Below, piece by piece: positions 1 to 13,750 of a DNA stretch of 64,000 nt. Origin of the DNA: Enoplolaimus lenunculus (Eukaryota); NCBI GenBank assembly GCA_030248215.1, contig JASANG010000443.1, forward strand, positions 1 through 64,000. The letters run 5' to 3'. The stretch's first letter is position 1; every line of letters begins with the position of its first letter. A model generated the notes under the pieces. It did not search any database, was not told the origin of the DNA, and saw nothing but the letters and a program-made list of their open reading frames with translations. The position numbers were made by a program, and so were the translations under genes.

Positions 1-710
1 GATGAAAAATGTTGGGTGCTTGCTGCAACAGATTTGATGTTTCTAGAGCGCATGAACGTATTCAGTTGACCAAAATTTTGCTCATTTTTACGAGTGTATT
101 AACTTTTGATACTTTCCAAACGAATATATCAAACATTCACTAAAAGCATTTATTGTATTGATCGAAATTTCGTTGAACGCTGGTAGTTTTGTTAGGCGGA
201 AAATTTTCCTGGAGTGGACGCAGTTGAATATATTCATGATGTGTCTCATTTTATAATCCATTTACGTATATATGTGATTGTGCATTTCTAAGGACCAAAA
301 CGGTTTCAAAAATGTCGCAATTTTATATTTATTTGATGTGTACTTGTTGAATAGTTTAGTATATGCTACCAATCCTGAATTAGATGAAAAATGTTGGTGT
401 GGTTGCTGCAACATATTCGATGTTTGTAGAGCGCATTAACGTATTCAGTTGACCAAAATCTTGCTCATTTTTACGAGTGTATTAACTTTTGATACTTTCC
501 AAACGAATATATCAAACATTCACGGAAAGCATATAGTTTTGACCGAAATTTCGTTGAAAGCTAATAGTTTTGTTAGGCGGACCAATTTTCCTGGAGTGGA
601 CGCAGTTGAATACATTTTTGATGCATCACATTTTATAATGCATTTATGTGATTGTGCATTTCTGGAGGAAAGATGATTTCATGAATGTCGCAATTTAACA
701 CCATTTAACT
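1..710. repeat. Diverged tandem duplication, period 382 bp (about 2 copies visible; may extend left of the window)
   Basis: gatgaaaaatgttgg...gtattcagttgaccaaaat...ctggagtggacgcagttgaa recurs at 1 and 383. Confidence 0.9.
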
Positions 711-1855
711 TTAATATGCTTGTGTTTGTTCTTTTTAGCTAATAAAACCTGCGGATGATAGCTTTTTTCATTTAACTTTTATAGTTGGGCCCATGTATAC
801 AACAGGGCCAGAACATTTTCCTGTGGTGCTGTATTAAAATAGAGTCAGCGTAAGCTTTAGACTAGCTTTTTTTGCTTAGGTTTAGGCTTATTAGGCCTAG
901 GCTTAGGAATACGCTTATACTACTGTTCCGGCCCTGTTCTAAAACGTGGGCCTATAGTTGTATATCACCAATATGTTTGGATCATACTCAAAAACCGAGA
1001 AAAATTAAACAACATCAGGAAACGATCTCAAACATGCTTCATTATCGCAAACGCTTGTATGCTTCTTCTAAAAAATTTTCAGCCCCCCCCTAGCAGGTTG
1101 AACTAGCCACTGAAACTTGGGATTCGCCCTCCGCCTCATTTCTATTTTCCATGGACGCTACAGAGTATGGCGATATGTACGGACATTTTATCGTGTCCGA
1201 ACATAGTGCTGTTTTTCCATGTCCACAAAAAGATAAAAAGTCTTCATTGATCATAAACTTTTGTGGGAATTATGTATTTCGAATAACACTGGTGTGTGTT
1301 ATATTTTATGTTGCATACGAAAAGTGCCTTACTTTCGAAATATTGACAGGTTCATGCATGTGCGTGCAGGATGGTGACGGACGGTAATGGACTGCGCCGG
1401 ACGTCATCAAATGTATAGCGCCTCCCCAAACGATCGATATGTTTTTGGTTTGCGTACTTTAGTTTCCGTAAAAAAGTGCATTTCTGGAGGCCAAATGAAC
1501 TTTGTCGCAACTTTTATATTTAATAATGGTACTTGTATTCCTGAACAAAACACAAATCTTTGCGTTTTGCATAAAATGCGAGAAAAAAACCGGGAGTGAT
1601 ATTGATTTTGTCATGTTCTTTTTTTAAACAGCTTGATTTTTAAAGTAAAAAAGGTCTTCTTTTCTCGCAAAAAATAAAACGCTGGTGTGTCTTATATTTT
1701 AGGTTAAATACGAAAAGTGTTTGTGTTTTCTATGCTCAAAAAGTCCCGATCGACAAAACAAATCCCGTCAAAAGGAGACAAAACAGTATCGCTTACAGAC
1801 ACAGAGAATAAAACAACCGTATGGTGTACGCCGTTTTCGATCAGTTTAAGCTTTA

Positions 1856-4286
1856 TGCGTCGTCCACTTTATTTTGCGTTTGGCCTGTGGTTTTTGCCAT
1901 AGTCAATTGGCGCTTGCCATCTGCTATATAAATGTAGCAAGTGGTGCTACTACTTTTTTTGTTAATTTTCTAATTTTTAAAATTCAATTGACGATTGCTG
2001 TCAAATTGTTAAACTGTAGCGTTGTTGGCTTCTGACAATTTTTAGTTACGCTGTACAGCTGATAACTTTACATGACAGTAGTTGTCAATTGAAACGAAAT
2101 TAAAAATAGTAGTTGTAAACGGACGGTACTAAAACTTACAGGTAGTTGTCAATTGACTAAGAAAACAATAGTAGGTGTCAATTGAAGAAAGATTTAAAAG
2201 CTTTGAGAGCAGTAAGTAGCCGTAAAATATTTAAAAGCTAATTTCAAATTTTTGAATGACATACTGATTTTTATGCGTCATTCTTGACCCGTAGCCTGCT
2301 CATTTGTAAAATAGCAGCCGTCTGAGTGCAGGCTTCTAAACATAAAAATAATGTACTGCTGACATTTGTCTACGCTTTTTATTACCTATAATCTTCGACA
2401 GGTGTCCTGTTTAACTTTGCAGTAGCCACTATGATAGCAGGTAATTCGAACTAAACACCGTAGACAGTTCCCGTCCATTGTTCTTACGGCAATTGCCCTT
2501 GCCTGCGTAAACTGTCTATGCCTGTGTTCATTTTGCACGTGACTGTGAATGAACTGCGAAAAAAGTGGCTCGTGAATTGGAATTGGTTGGCAAAAAAGGG
2601 GTGAAAGTGAATTGTTGGCTAAATGGAGTAGGGGCATGGACTATTTTTTGGCAAAACATAAGAGGAGGACATTTTTATGCTTTAATGCAAAGTAGGTGTG
2701 TCAGCATTTTTTTGGTCAAAGGACGAGTATACTAACCATCTTGCCGATTTTTGGTTGCCGTGAAGTATCACTTTCTGTTTCGGCAAACTAAACGGCGTAG
2801 ACTTTACCGGTTAGGCATGGGCAGTGTCTCTTCCCTGAACTGTGTCAAACCTAAACCGTTGCCAGCATGTCACAAAAAATGGCTTCAAAATTTAATTTTT
2901 TGTGTTGTATTAAAAACTACTTTTTAAACCAGCACATTGCGTATTAATCAATTTCTGCATGTTATGCGTACAATAAAAATTAAGCTTTTAGTACCTTTTT
3001 AAATGCAAAAATGCCGGTAGAAAGCTCAACTTTCAACAGGCTAGGAGGCCAATACAATTAAAGAGCGGCATAGAGAATTCACAAAACTTTTCTATGTGTA
3101 CAAAATTTTTACGGCTGTGCCCCATATAACAGTGTACTATTCCCCGATCAAAACCTCATAAGGGTACCGAATGATTTCGCGTGGTCTGAACTTGAACAAA
3201 AACGGCAAGTGCAAGTCCACTGCGTGCATCCGGCAGAAAAACGGGATGCACTTCGGCCCTTTGACATGGGCGAAATTTTATTTCATAAAAATTTATTTTT
3301 ACAAATTTTATGAAAAATTTATATACTATAAACTGTTGCACTCAAGAGATGTAATCTGAATGTCGGGAACCCCTCTGACATCTTCCAACAGGTGTGTTTA
3401 AATATTAAATATCATTTAAAAATGAAAAAAAATCACAGAACGGTGTGTATTTAATATGTATCGATTGAAATACATAAAAACAGGCGTTAGAGTCGCATCG
3501 AAAAGCATTTGCGTTTGCAAGAGGGGTCCTTGATTAAATTTAAAATGGTCAATGTTTACTTTTTTGGGCCGTACTGTGCATTATTCGTAAGCCTAAAGCG
3601 TTGAGAAAACCAAACCTAAGCCTGAGCTTAGCCTATGTCTAAATCTTGAGGAACTTTTATTAAAATACTCTTGCAGTGCCGCCAAAAACCGGGACGGCCC
3701 GTAAAAAAGGAACAAAGCGTGGTTCACTTTATTTTGCACTTGGGTTATCGCAATTTCATACGAAATATGGGTTTCGATTTATGTGGGGGTACATATACCT
3801 GAGTGCCCCCTCGATCAGCCAGATTTCTACGTGAACAAACGTATGCTTTTCTAATCAAGCAGGCGGCGAAATCGAACCAAGCAACAGTAATTGCTAAACA
3901 GAGAATAATTTTACAATAGTAGTTGTCAATTGAAAGAATAAGTGTTTACCATTGACAACTACTATACCTAGTGACATACAGCAATCGTCGATTGAATGTT
4001 GTATTTTTGCTCCGCAGTCGTTGGTCAAATGCTAAAATATACACGGTAATTGTAAATGCTTACATTAATGAAAGTCACGTTAACAGGTACTTGTTTAAAT
4101 TTTTAACAAAATCAAAATTAAATAAATTAAATAAATTTCTTTAAAAATCTAAACAGTAGTCGTTGAACAAAGACCAAAAATTATAGATGTTGCCAATGAA
4201 ACCATAAAACGAAATTCGAACAGGGTAAGCGTCAATTGACGATAGCCAAACCCACAGGCCAAACGAAAAATAAAGTGGACGACGCA
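1856..4286. mobile_element. 2.4-kb non-autonomous PIF/Harbinger-like DNA transposon
   Basis: ~65-bp imperfect TIRs (tgcgtcgtccactttatttt.cgtttggcctgtgg...); TTA on both sides (1853-1855, 4287-4289); removing it restores the aagctttag motif of the telomere-repeat MITE family; no long ORF inside. Confidence 0.75.
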
Positions 4287-4419
4287 TTAGAGTAACATAT
4301 TTGCTTAGGCTCAGGCTTAGGCTAAGGAATAGGAGTATGCTACGATTGTTCCGGCCCTGCTCTATACATGTGCCCGTCTTTTATCCACAATATAGACCCA
4401 ATTTTCAATTGACAGTTGC

Positions 4420-4958
4420 CTTGTATTAAAAATTTTCAATTGACGGTTGCCGTGTAATAAAAATTTTCAATTGACGGTTGCCGTCAAAGTTTAATTTTCA
4501 GTTGACGGTTGCCGTCCGAATAAAAATTTTCAATTGACGGTTGCCGTATACAACAATTTTCAATTGACGGTTGCCGTCCAAATTAAAATTTTCTGTTGAC
4601 GGTTGCTATCAAGTGTTGTTGCTCCTGTTGACGGTTGCTGTAAAGATTTTGAAAACCGATTGACAGTTGCTGTTTGTTAACTCTGCACTCGTTGACGGTT
4701 GCCATCGAAAAATTGGTTTCTCCGTCAACAATTGCTATACGCAACCAGAGTACCCGTTGACGGCTTCTGCGCAGAAATTTTTTTCGTTGACGGTTGCTAG
4801 TTCAAGAGTAGTATAGCTACCGTCAATTGAAATTAAAAATTGGTTAAAAATAATTTCAATTGACGACTCCTATCGACAAATAAAAATTTGTTGACGGCAA
4901 CCGTCAATTGAAGTTCCAAAAATCCACACAGCGTACGCACGTTATTGTGGACGACGCA
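4420..4958. repeat. ~30-bp tandem repeat (aaattttcaattgacggttgccgt) ending in a terminus related to the 1856-4286 element
   Basis: About 10 or more decaying units, later ones inverted; ends gtggacgacgca followed by TAA. Confidence 0.8.
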
Positions 4959-4961
4959 TAA

Positions 4962-5381
4962 TAGCGGGAAAATTCAAATTTTGACGGGAAAACTAAAACT
5001 TTGGCGGGAAATTCCAATTTTGGCGGCAAATTCAAATTTAAGCGGGAAAATTTTAATTTTGGAGGAAAATTGAAATTTTGTTGTGTAATTCAAATTTTGG
5101 CGGGAAAATTCAAATTTTGGCGGAAAATTCAAATTTTGGCAGAAAGTTCAAATGTTGGCGGCAAAATTTAAGTTTCGGCGTCAAATTCAAATTTAGATGG
5201 GAAAATTCAAATTTTGGCGGCAAATTCAATTTTTGGCGGGAAAAATCAATTTTTAGCCGTAAATTCTAATTTTAGCGGAAAGTTCAAATTTTGGCGGGAA
5301 AATTCAAATTTTGGCGGGAAAATTCAACTTATAGCGGGAAAATTCAAATTTTGGCGCGAAATTCAAATTTTGGCGGGAAAA
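4962..5381. repeat. ~20-bp minisatellite (aaattcaaattttggcggga)
   Basis: About 20 visible units; a more degenerate copy lies at ~7340-7640. Confidence 0.9.
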
Positions 5382-8357
5382 GTATACAAAATGTCCGTCA
5401 GTGGGATAAACTCTATGCGGACATTTTTTATTTAGAGATAAAATTTCCGCACACAGTTACGCAATACCAGTATAGCGTTTCTAAAACAGTATAGGGCAAC
5501 GATGAATTGCCAAGTTCACGTATGGTAACTTGTGAGCGACATTAGGCTTGGGCTTAGGAATATGCTCATAAATACTGCGCCGCTCCTATTCTTTACATTG
5601 GCAACAACACTTAACAATACTTGTTTAAATATACGTAACGAAACTTTTGCCAACGGTACGCTGTGCAAATTGTGTATATTATTGCATATTGCAAAGCGGA
5701 GAAGATCATAGTTCATACACTCTCTAGGAGATATACATAATTGGGAGATTGCTAATAAATTTACCAAACATATGTAGCAAAGCAAGTTATAAAAAGCGTT
5801 TTTGAACCTATACAGTCGGGACTCAAAAGATATTACCTCTACTTGCTGCATTTTTGTGTGCTCAAACTGCGGTTGTTTGCTTAAGCCTGTTTTATTAAGA
5901 TTTCAAACGTTTAGATAATTTATTTTGCCATAGCTTTGAACAAACAATATATACTGAATCTTGAGTCAGTTTACCTTTTGTGTAGTATAGTCATGTTTTT
6001 ATATCTTGCTTTCTCTGGTATACGGTTGTAGCACTTGAGGGATATATGTGAATGAAAATCAAATATCAACGTTTCTTTTGTTTTTGCTGAAAATTCTATT
6101 AAAATTTTTGCTAATATTTGACCGATAACTTCTATGTTCGAAGCTACATTTCATGTTTTAAATCTTGACTCTATATTGGTACATTGTAAATTTGAGTGAG
6201 TTGATTTTAACTCAGAATGAATTGAATCACTCAGCTTGAGTTAGCTCAGAATTTTGAGTTGATTCAATTCAGTCCGATTTAATTGATCAACTCACATAGA
6301 GTCAACTCAACTTATCAGAGTGAGTATCAGCTCAATTCAGAGCGAGTTAAATCTTTACTGTTATTTAATTCAGAAGTAAATAACTCGCTAGCGGAATTGA
6401 TTAATCAACTCATAAAAATTTTAATTTTTACAGTGTATGAAGTTGATTTTCAAATCTATTAAACTTGTTTATGCTGTTAGTATCAAAATGAACTTTTAAT
6501 ACTCAGTTAGCAAAAAGTTTTTTTGTTTTTGCATTCAAACAGAAGACATAAACTAAAATACGGGTATCCTTTAAAAATGCGATCTGCTCAGTTTTTAGAC
6601 TTCGCCATTTGTAAACAACCTTAGTATTTAGTGCGGTACCACTGAATGCAGACAAATTTTATTAAGACTAATTTTAATTGAACCCAAATTAATGAAATTT
6701 TAAATTTGGACACGTCTCTCATGCTTTGGTTTGGTTTCTAAAGCGAATAAATATTTCCGGACACACATATATCAATTAATCAGAAATCTGCTGTCAAACA
6801 TAAAATACAAACAGCTTTCAGTTGGTTGGCTATGTTTTTGCACCTAAAAAAGCCGACCAAAACATCAGGTGATAGAAACTGTCTCTCGTTTGTTTTTAGA
6901 CTCTTTTGAATTTTAATGAAATTTTAGCCTTGAACAACTGAAGAAAGCCTATAGTTAGTAAATCAATAGATTTAATAAACGTAATTGTATTTTATAGTTG
7001 CGGATTTTGAAACCTTCAGTAAAAAATTATATAAAATTTAGTTAAAATTTGTATACATAAGCGAATTGCTTCACATTGCTAAATGTTTGGCAATTTTTGG
7101 AAATTAAATTTTTGGGTTTTGTACGACCGTTCTCTTGTTTTTGGATAATTTTTAAATTTACATAATTTTTAGGTTGGAGAGATATAAAGCGTAAAAATCA
7201 ATTTTTGACAAGCCCATTCCGATTTTATAGTGGGAGTATATAAATTCAGGCAGAAAACTTCAAGTTATGGCTGTAAAATTACAAATATAGGCAGGAAAAT
7301 GCAACTTTTATTGCGGACAAATTTACGTTTCAGCCAGTAATTTGGAATTTTAACCCAAATTTAAATTTTAGCGGGAAATTAAAACTTGAAGGGTGAATCA
7401 AGTTTGGAAGCGAAAATTAGAAATTCGAATTTTGGCGGAAAAAGTGAAATGAAGGCGGAAAAAATTAAATATTGGCGGAGAAATTTAAACTTCGGCTTAA
7501 ATTTTAAGTATTGGAAATTTAAATTTTGGCGGCAAATTTAAAGTTTCGCCTGGAAAATTTGGCGGGAAATTCAAATTTTGAGAGGGAAATTCAATTTTTT
7601 TCCGGCAAAATTCATATTGTGGCTTAAAAATTTACATTTGGGCCAGGAACATAAAGTTTTGTCGAAGGTAATTCAATTTTAAGAATATATAAGTAAATTT
7701 GGGTAACGGTATTCTATATTTTTAAGCAAGGTATACATATCTATATCTCAGACATCCCAATGATGTTGCGCATAGTTCAGAGTAATATCCGCTACATTGT
7801 TACACCGTAAATTCCAATGAGTTGATTAATCAGTTCAGCTAGACAGTTTGTTGTTTCTGAATTAATATCAGTAAACAATAATTCACTCTGAGTTCTGTTG
7901 ACTCTGGGTGAGTTGGGTAATTAAATAAGAATGAATTGGATCAACTGAAAATTCTGAGTTCTGATTGTCCTAACTCAGACTGAGTGATACAAGTCATTCT
8001 GAATTAAAATCAACTCACTGAAATTTACAGTGACACATGAAAATTGCATATTTTGAGCAGCTAACTATACTGTCGGACGTTGAGTGTGCGAAGCGCATGC
8101 ATCATAGCATACAAGAGACATAAGCTTATGTTGAAAAACAATACTAAAATTAGCAATTAATATTAAAAATAACCAAATTCATAGACTTTAGGGTTTGAAT
8201 TTTATTCATATTCTATTTTAATTTTACATTATTTGGTCAAATATTGACGATGTCGTGAAACTCAGATGTGATTAATCGAGAATTTATTGCCGATATCTAC
8301 TGAAATTTGAACAATAGCTAATTTTGCGAAATACTTATAAGGGATGGATGCCAGATA

Positions 8358-8614
8358 CACTGTAAATTCCAATGAGTTGATATATATTCAGAACGAGTTG
8401 AGTCAGTCAGTCTGATAGAGAAGTATCAGAACTCATAATTCTGAGTTGAATTAACTCATTCTGATTTAATTAATCAAGTCCCCGGCGATCAACGAAACTC
8501 AGATTGAGGATCAACTAAAACTCAGAGTGAATTAAAGTTTACTATTATTAACTCAGAAATATCTACCTTTCCGTCTGAGTTGATTAATTATATAACTCAA
8601 TGGAATTTACAGTG
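8358..8614. mobile_element. ~250-bp MITE family B (CACTGTAAATT...AATTTACAGTG TIRs, GAGTT/AACTC-rich), probably CMC superfamily; representative copy
   Basis: About 20 copies: 6182-6435, 7803-8032, 8358-8614, 10740-10992, 11105-11359, ~14018-14270, ~19597-19815, 20041-20294, 28065-28316, 29587-29838, 35495-35738, 36029-36280, 36365-36617, 36950-37230, ~37670-38162 (two), 39480-39741, 40313-~40530, ~47594-47851; 2-bp TSDs TA or CA. Confidence 0.9.
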
Positions 8615-8671
8615 TATTTTCGTGTTTCACATATAAGCAAGAGAGTTTTAAATATACACGGTAAGAGCAGA

Positions 8672-8890
8672 GGCCGTATTCTCAAATGTGAATAGCATCT
8701 ATCATCAGTTAGCGATAGGTTTTCCAACTGACGAATGTCTGCAATTGCGAATGTCAAAATTGGTATATAGAATAGGACAAATCAAACGCAAACATATACT
8801 CAATCTTGAACCTAACCATTCGCTTGTTCAAAACATACAAGATCTATCACCAACTGGTGATAGGTGCTACACATATTTAAGAATACGGAC
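8672..8890. mobile_element. MITE family E (ccgtattctcaaatgtgtgtagcacctatcaccagt TIRs)
   Basis: Inverted ends; related copies at 11518-11729, ~48310-48505, ~57640-57820, ~63700-63895. Confidence 0.75.
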
Positions 8891-9028
8891 CCAGGTGTGA
8901 GCTCCATAGAATTTCTTGTCGAAAATATAGCAATAAAGACAAGCTAACACCGTATATAATAGCTAACGTTTTTAAAATGTTAATTTAATACATGACAATG
9001 TTTTTTTTCATATGAATATTTCTTTATA

Positions 9029-9476
9029 CTGTAGTGATCCGAATAAGGGGGGACTGATATTTATTTGGCCTCTCCAGAGGGTACCCCCCTTGTTATTCGG
9101 TTCCGGACTGTTATTTATTTTTAACCCAAGCTTCGTCACCCTTCGTTACTTATATATATGTATCCGGTACTGCAATTTATCCGCTGAATTAAACACTTAT
9201 TTGTCTTGTGTCAATAGCTTGAGCGATAATGCAATGTTATACTTAGGAATGCACATTCAAAATTTAAGTTCGTTTTAAAGTTTCGGATTCAAAGTTTATA
9301 TCTGAACCTGGAGTCGTTTTGCGCTACAATTAGGGATGATTGACATTTATGGACTAATTAACGTTTAGGGAGTCTATCCCTTACGGACTCTTATTAGGTA
9401 CACGGACTCCTATTGATAGGGACTCAAAACGGGAACCCCACCTGTTATTACACCCCTGTTATTCGGGTCACTACAG
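9029..9476. mobile_element. Tc1/mariner-like MITE family D (CTGTAGTGACCCGAATAA TIRs, TA TSD)
   Basis: ta-CTGTAGTGA.CCGAATAA...TTATTCGGGTCACTACAG-ta; other copies 16030-16431, 48517-48951; partial copies ~12920-12997, ~45325-45542, 47418-~47990. Confidence 0.85.
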
Positions 9477-11104
9477 TATTATATATTTCTTAAATTAATT
9501 TTAAACAAACTGCTATTTTAATGTGACCCCGTAAGCTATAAGGGCTTGTCAACTGAATCTAAGCCTAAGCCTAAGCCTAAAAGCCAGAAGCTTCCCTATT
9601 TATTCCACGGCCTGTTGTCTCTCATTGAACAGGTTTTATTATAATTATACTTCGTCTGTTATTATATACCTTAGATTTTAGAAATTTAGTAAATTTTATA
9701 GTAAATAATTGTATTTAATTTGCCAAATATTAAATTCAACAGCAATGTTTCGTAAACAAGCATCTCCATTTCCTCGTTTGCATTCACGATTATCAAATTT
9801 GGGTCGAACTCGAAAACAACAAAAGGTAAAAGATGCTTTTTCAATTTGGCCAATGTAAAGAACAGGGGCGAAACAGTATTATAAGCATATTACTAAGCCT
9901 AAGCCTAAGCCTAAGTGTAACAATGAGCATGTTCCTAAGCCTAAGCCTAAGCCTGAACCAGGCAAAAAATTAGTCTAAACGGTAAGCTTACTCTATTTCA
10001 GTCCCATAGAAAAACCTTCCGCCCCTGATCTTTACATATTCCTTCAATTTTAATTTATTAATACTAGTGTGCCGGCTTTACACAATACGCAAAAGTTTAG
10101 CGAATACGCAACAATCTGCATGCAAATTTTCTTTTCAAAAAACAATAGCGCTTTTGTGTTTTGAAGTAACATTGTAAACAAATTAATGCTGGAAAGTTGC
10201 CCAACATAAATATGTGGGGCATTCCAACTTTAATTATATCGATAGATATTTAGCTTTTGTAACAGAAGTCACACTCAGTCCAACATATAATGTTTTGGTT
10301 AATGTCTGCCGGCTCACAAACTTTAAGTCTATTAGCTTGAACCTAATTCTGCGCCATTTCAAAAAAGTTTCTTGCTGCTGTAATGGCGGGTTAAGAATTA
10401 GATGGCTAGGCCCATGTATAGAACAGACAGGGCCGGAACAGTAGCATAAACATCTTCCTAAGGCTAAGCCTAAAACCTAAGTCTAAGCATATGGATGAGC
10501 CTATTCCTAAGCCTAAGCATAAGCCCAAACCTAAGCAAACAAATTAGTCTATAGCTTAAACTGACTCTATTATAGCCCCTCCGGAAAACGATCCGGCCCT
10601 AAAAGTTTGCAGTCGAAACAATTTCGTAATGGATATTTTTTACGGTTTGTCTTAGGCTTAGGTTTAGGAATATGTTAATACTACTGTTCCGACCGTGTTC
10701 TATACATTGGCCGCAAAATTAACGTTCAGAATTCGACTACACTGTAAAGCCCAGCGAGTTGACTTTAACTCAGAATGAGTTGAATCACTCAGTCTGAGTT
10801 TGGACTTTCAGAACTCAAAATTGTGGGTCAATAAAACGTTCTCTGACTTAATTATTCAACTTACGCGGAATCAACTGAACTTTAGAGTAAGGATCAACCC
10901 AACTCAGAGTGAGTTAATATTTACAGGTATTAACTCAGAAATAACTAACTTTCCAGCTGAGTTGATTAATAAACTCACTGTAATTTATAGTGTTAGCATT
11001 TGAGTATCAGGATAAACAAAGCCCTGCTTAGAACTGTCTGACTGGTGTGCGGAATTCAAGAACTATAATCTTGCTGTATACTAAAACGACTGATAATAAA
11101 GTCA

Positions 11105-11359
11105 CACTGTAAATTCCGATGAATTGATAAATCAACTCAGCTAGAGAGTTAGTTATTTCTGAGTTAATAACAGTTAACATTGCCTCGCTCTGAGTTGAGC
11201 TGATTCTCACTCTTGTTTCAGTTTATTCCGTGTAAGTTGAATAATTAAGTCAGAGTGAGTTTTGTTGACTCAGAATTTTTGAGTTCTGAAAGTCCTAACT
11301 CAAACTGAGTGATTCAACTCTCATTCTGAATTAAAAGCAACTCACTCAGATTTACAGTG
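11105..11359. mobile_element. MITE family B copy with CA target-site duplication
   Basis: ca-CACTGTAAATT...TTTACAGTG-ca. Confidence 0.85.
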
Positions 11360-12621
11360 CACCAACTTGTGCGAGATATATATACAAAAAAATACAAAAC
11401 AAACAAAATATAAAGATTTATCCAGACATATATATATATTTTTAATAAAATATATATAGATACAAACGAAAATATATATATAATACAATCAAAACACAAT
11501 TTGTGTTCATATCTTAACCCGTATTCTCAAATGTGTGTAGCACCTAATACCAGTTGGTGATAGGTCGTGTAACTTTCGAACGTGGGAAAGGCGAGGTTTG
11601 AAGTTCAAAACGTTTATTGCATTTCATATACTCTACTACTGTGCAAATTTTGAAACTTGCAATTGCAGTAATTCGTTAGTTTGAAAAGCTAATTGGTAAT
11701 AGGTGCTATATGCATTTGAGAATATGGGCACCGGAGGCATTCAGAAGATTTGAGGTCCCCGAATTGCGGGGTATCGGGGGCGGGCGGGTATGGTGACTTT
11801 GGTTACTTGTTACGCCTCATTCTTGAGGGTTCATCTATAATTTTTAGTTAATTCTGACTCTTAATATCACGACCAACGCAGCGTTCAACGTGGAGTGTCG
11901 ATTTATTTCGAATATCCGATAGATATACTATGACATATATTTCCTTTCAGATATATCAAGATATTGGCCTATATATATAGAACAAGGGCGGACCAATAGT
12001 ATAAGCATATTCCTATGCCTAACCCTTTAGCCTAAGTTTAAACGTGAAAATGAGCTTTTATACCTAATTCTAAAGCCTAAGATAAACAAATTAGTCAAAA
12101 GCGTCAGCTTACTCTATTCTACTCACATAGAAAAACGTTCCGTCCGCGATTTTTACATGGGCGAAAATATTTTTTAAACGCGAACCTGTTTAATAAAAAA
12201 TTATCGACAGATTTTGCTTTAAAACTCCGCCCTACAATTTAATACAGCGCATTGTTGCTGTTGAGCTGAGCAAACGCTAGAGCCATTTGAGAATACGGAC
12301 TACAAAAGCTTGAGATTTTGGTTCATAAAACGTAACAAAAAAATTTAAATTTAATAAACCAGTTTAATTATAGGTTCGGTAGTAATTGACGCCAGAAGCT
12401 CGTGCCGCAACAATTATTTTCGGTTTCATCAAACACATTTTTTCCTTTGATGGGCCGGCGGTTAATTGAAGTGCCAAAATAACCCGTTTACAAAGCGGAT
12501 ATATTTTTCGCGGTAAACAAAATGACGTTTATAAACAAGCAGCTTCGGAAAGGGTCAACGAGACGGGACACAACTTGCAATCCGTAAAATCAGTTGGACC
12601 AAGAGTGGATGATCACTCTTT

Positions 12622-12912
12622 ATAACACGAGTGTGCTACTGGGTACATTCTGTGTATTAAACAATGTACCAGCACGCGGTGCATTTTTGTTCGACCCCCC
12701 AACCTCAATCAGGGGGGTTTAAGCAAGAGATTAACAGTATGCTTCAGTACACCTACCCCCCTTTAAACAAGGGTGGGTTACAATTTCCTCCTTTAACTAC
12801 GATATAAAACTGCATAAAGACCCCCTAAACAAGGGGGGGTAGGCCAAAAACGCAACGCGTGCCGGGTACATTCTTTAATACACAGAATGTACCCAGTTGC
12901 ACACTCTTGTTA
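12622..12912. mobile_element. MITE with ~65-bp TIRs (taacacgagtgtgctactgggtacattctgtgtattaa)
   Basis: The right end is the reverse complement of the left; partial copy at ~35768-35836. Confidence 0.8.
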
Positions 12913-13599
12913 AGTCCCTAACCGAATAACAAGGGAGGAGGTACCCTTTGGAGAGTCCAAATAAATATCAGTCCCCCTCTTATTCGGGTCACTACAGTAC
13001 TTAAGAACAAAGTGATACTTAAGTAGGATTTCTGAAACCCAGCCAGTGTTTCATTCGGCAGGGAAGGAGCAGCCTCCTCCAATCTCCCCATTTGGGGGAC
13101 CCACCCTAAACGCCCAACCCCCCCACCCTGACCGGTTGAAACAAAATCCGCCGATGTTTTAAAATGCGTCTAGCTTCACCGTAGAGTTTGGCGGAGCCCA
13201 CATCCATGACTGCTATGGTACTGTCATCGGGGGTATTAAGTCCCATGAATTATACTTTAAAATACTTTAAATATGCCAAAATTGTTCAAGGATTTGAACT
13301 GTCATTTTTAAGTAATTGAACGCCTATATTTTATATCAATTTTTTGTTCATATTAAGGTTTTTAATTTCAGTTTAAGAACATATTCGCTGTAAAAGTTGA
13401 ATAGAATATCAATTAACCTATGTTTGCTTAAAATTTTGTTTATCGGTTTTAAAACTGGTGTTTGTATTGATTGAACATCCGTTCGCTATGCCCGGTTTGT
13501 TGACGACTTGACGTAGTCAGAATATTTGAAATTGAAACTACTTGGTTCAAAATTTCCACAGGGGGCAATCCTTTTTTAAAATCTGAAATATTTAAAACC

Positions 13600-13750
13600 C
13601 CCTTTACAAAACCCTACCAGTCTAGGTAGGAACCGGGACTTCAGACCTTTTCACTAATCAGCTGGAAAAGCGGGCTTCCCGAGCGGGGATCGATCTCTCA
13701 GCCTACGGATCCTTTTAAGCGAACACTCTACCACTGCGCCATGCAACCCG
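13600..13750 (-). mobile_element. tRNA-derived SINE-like sequence
   Basis: Minus strand gggttgcatggcgcagtggtagagtgttcgc...gagatcgatcccc: A box and degenerate B box, no intact cloverleaf. Confidence 0.5.

Noticed and set aside
5078..5494. Overlapping ORFs with NSNFGGK / KFKFWRE repeats
   Set aside because: Products of the 20-bp minisatellite.
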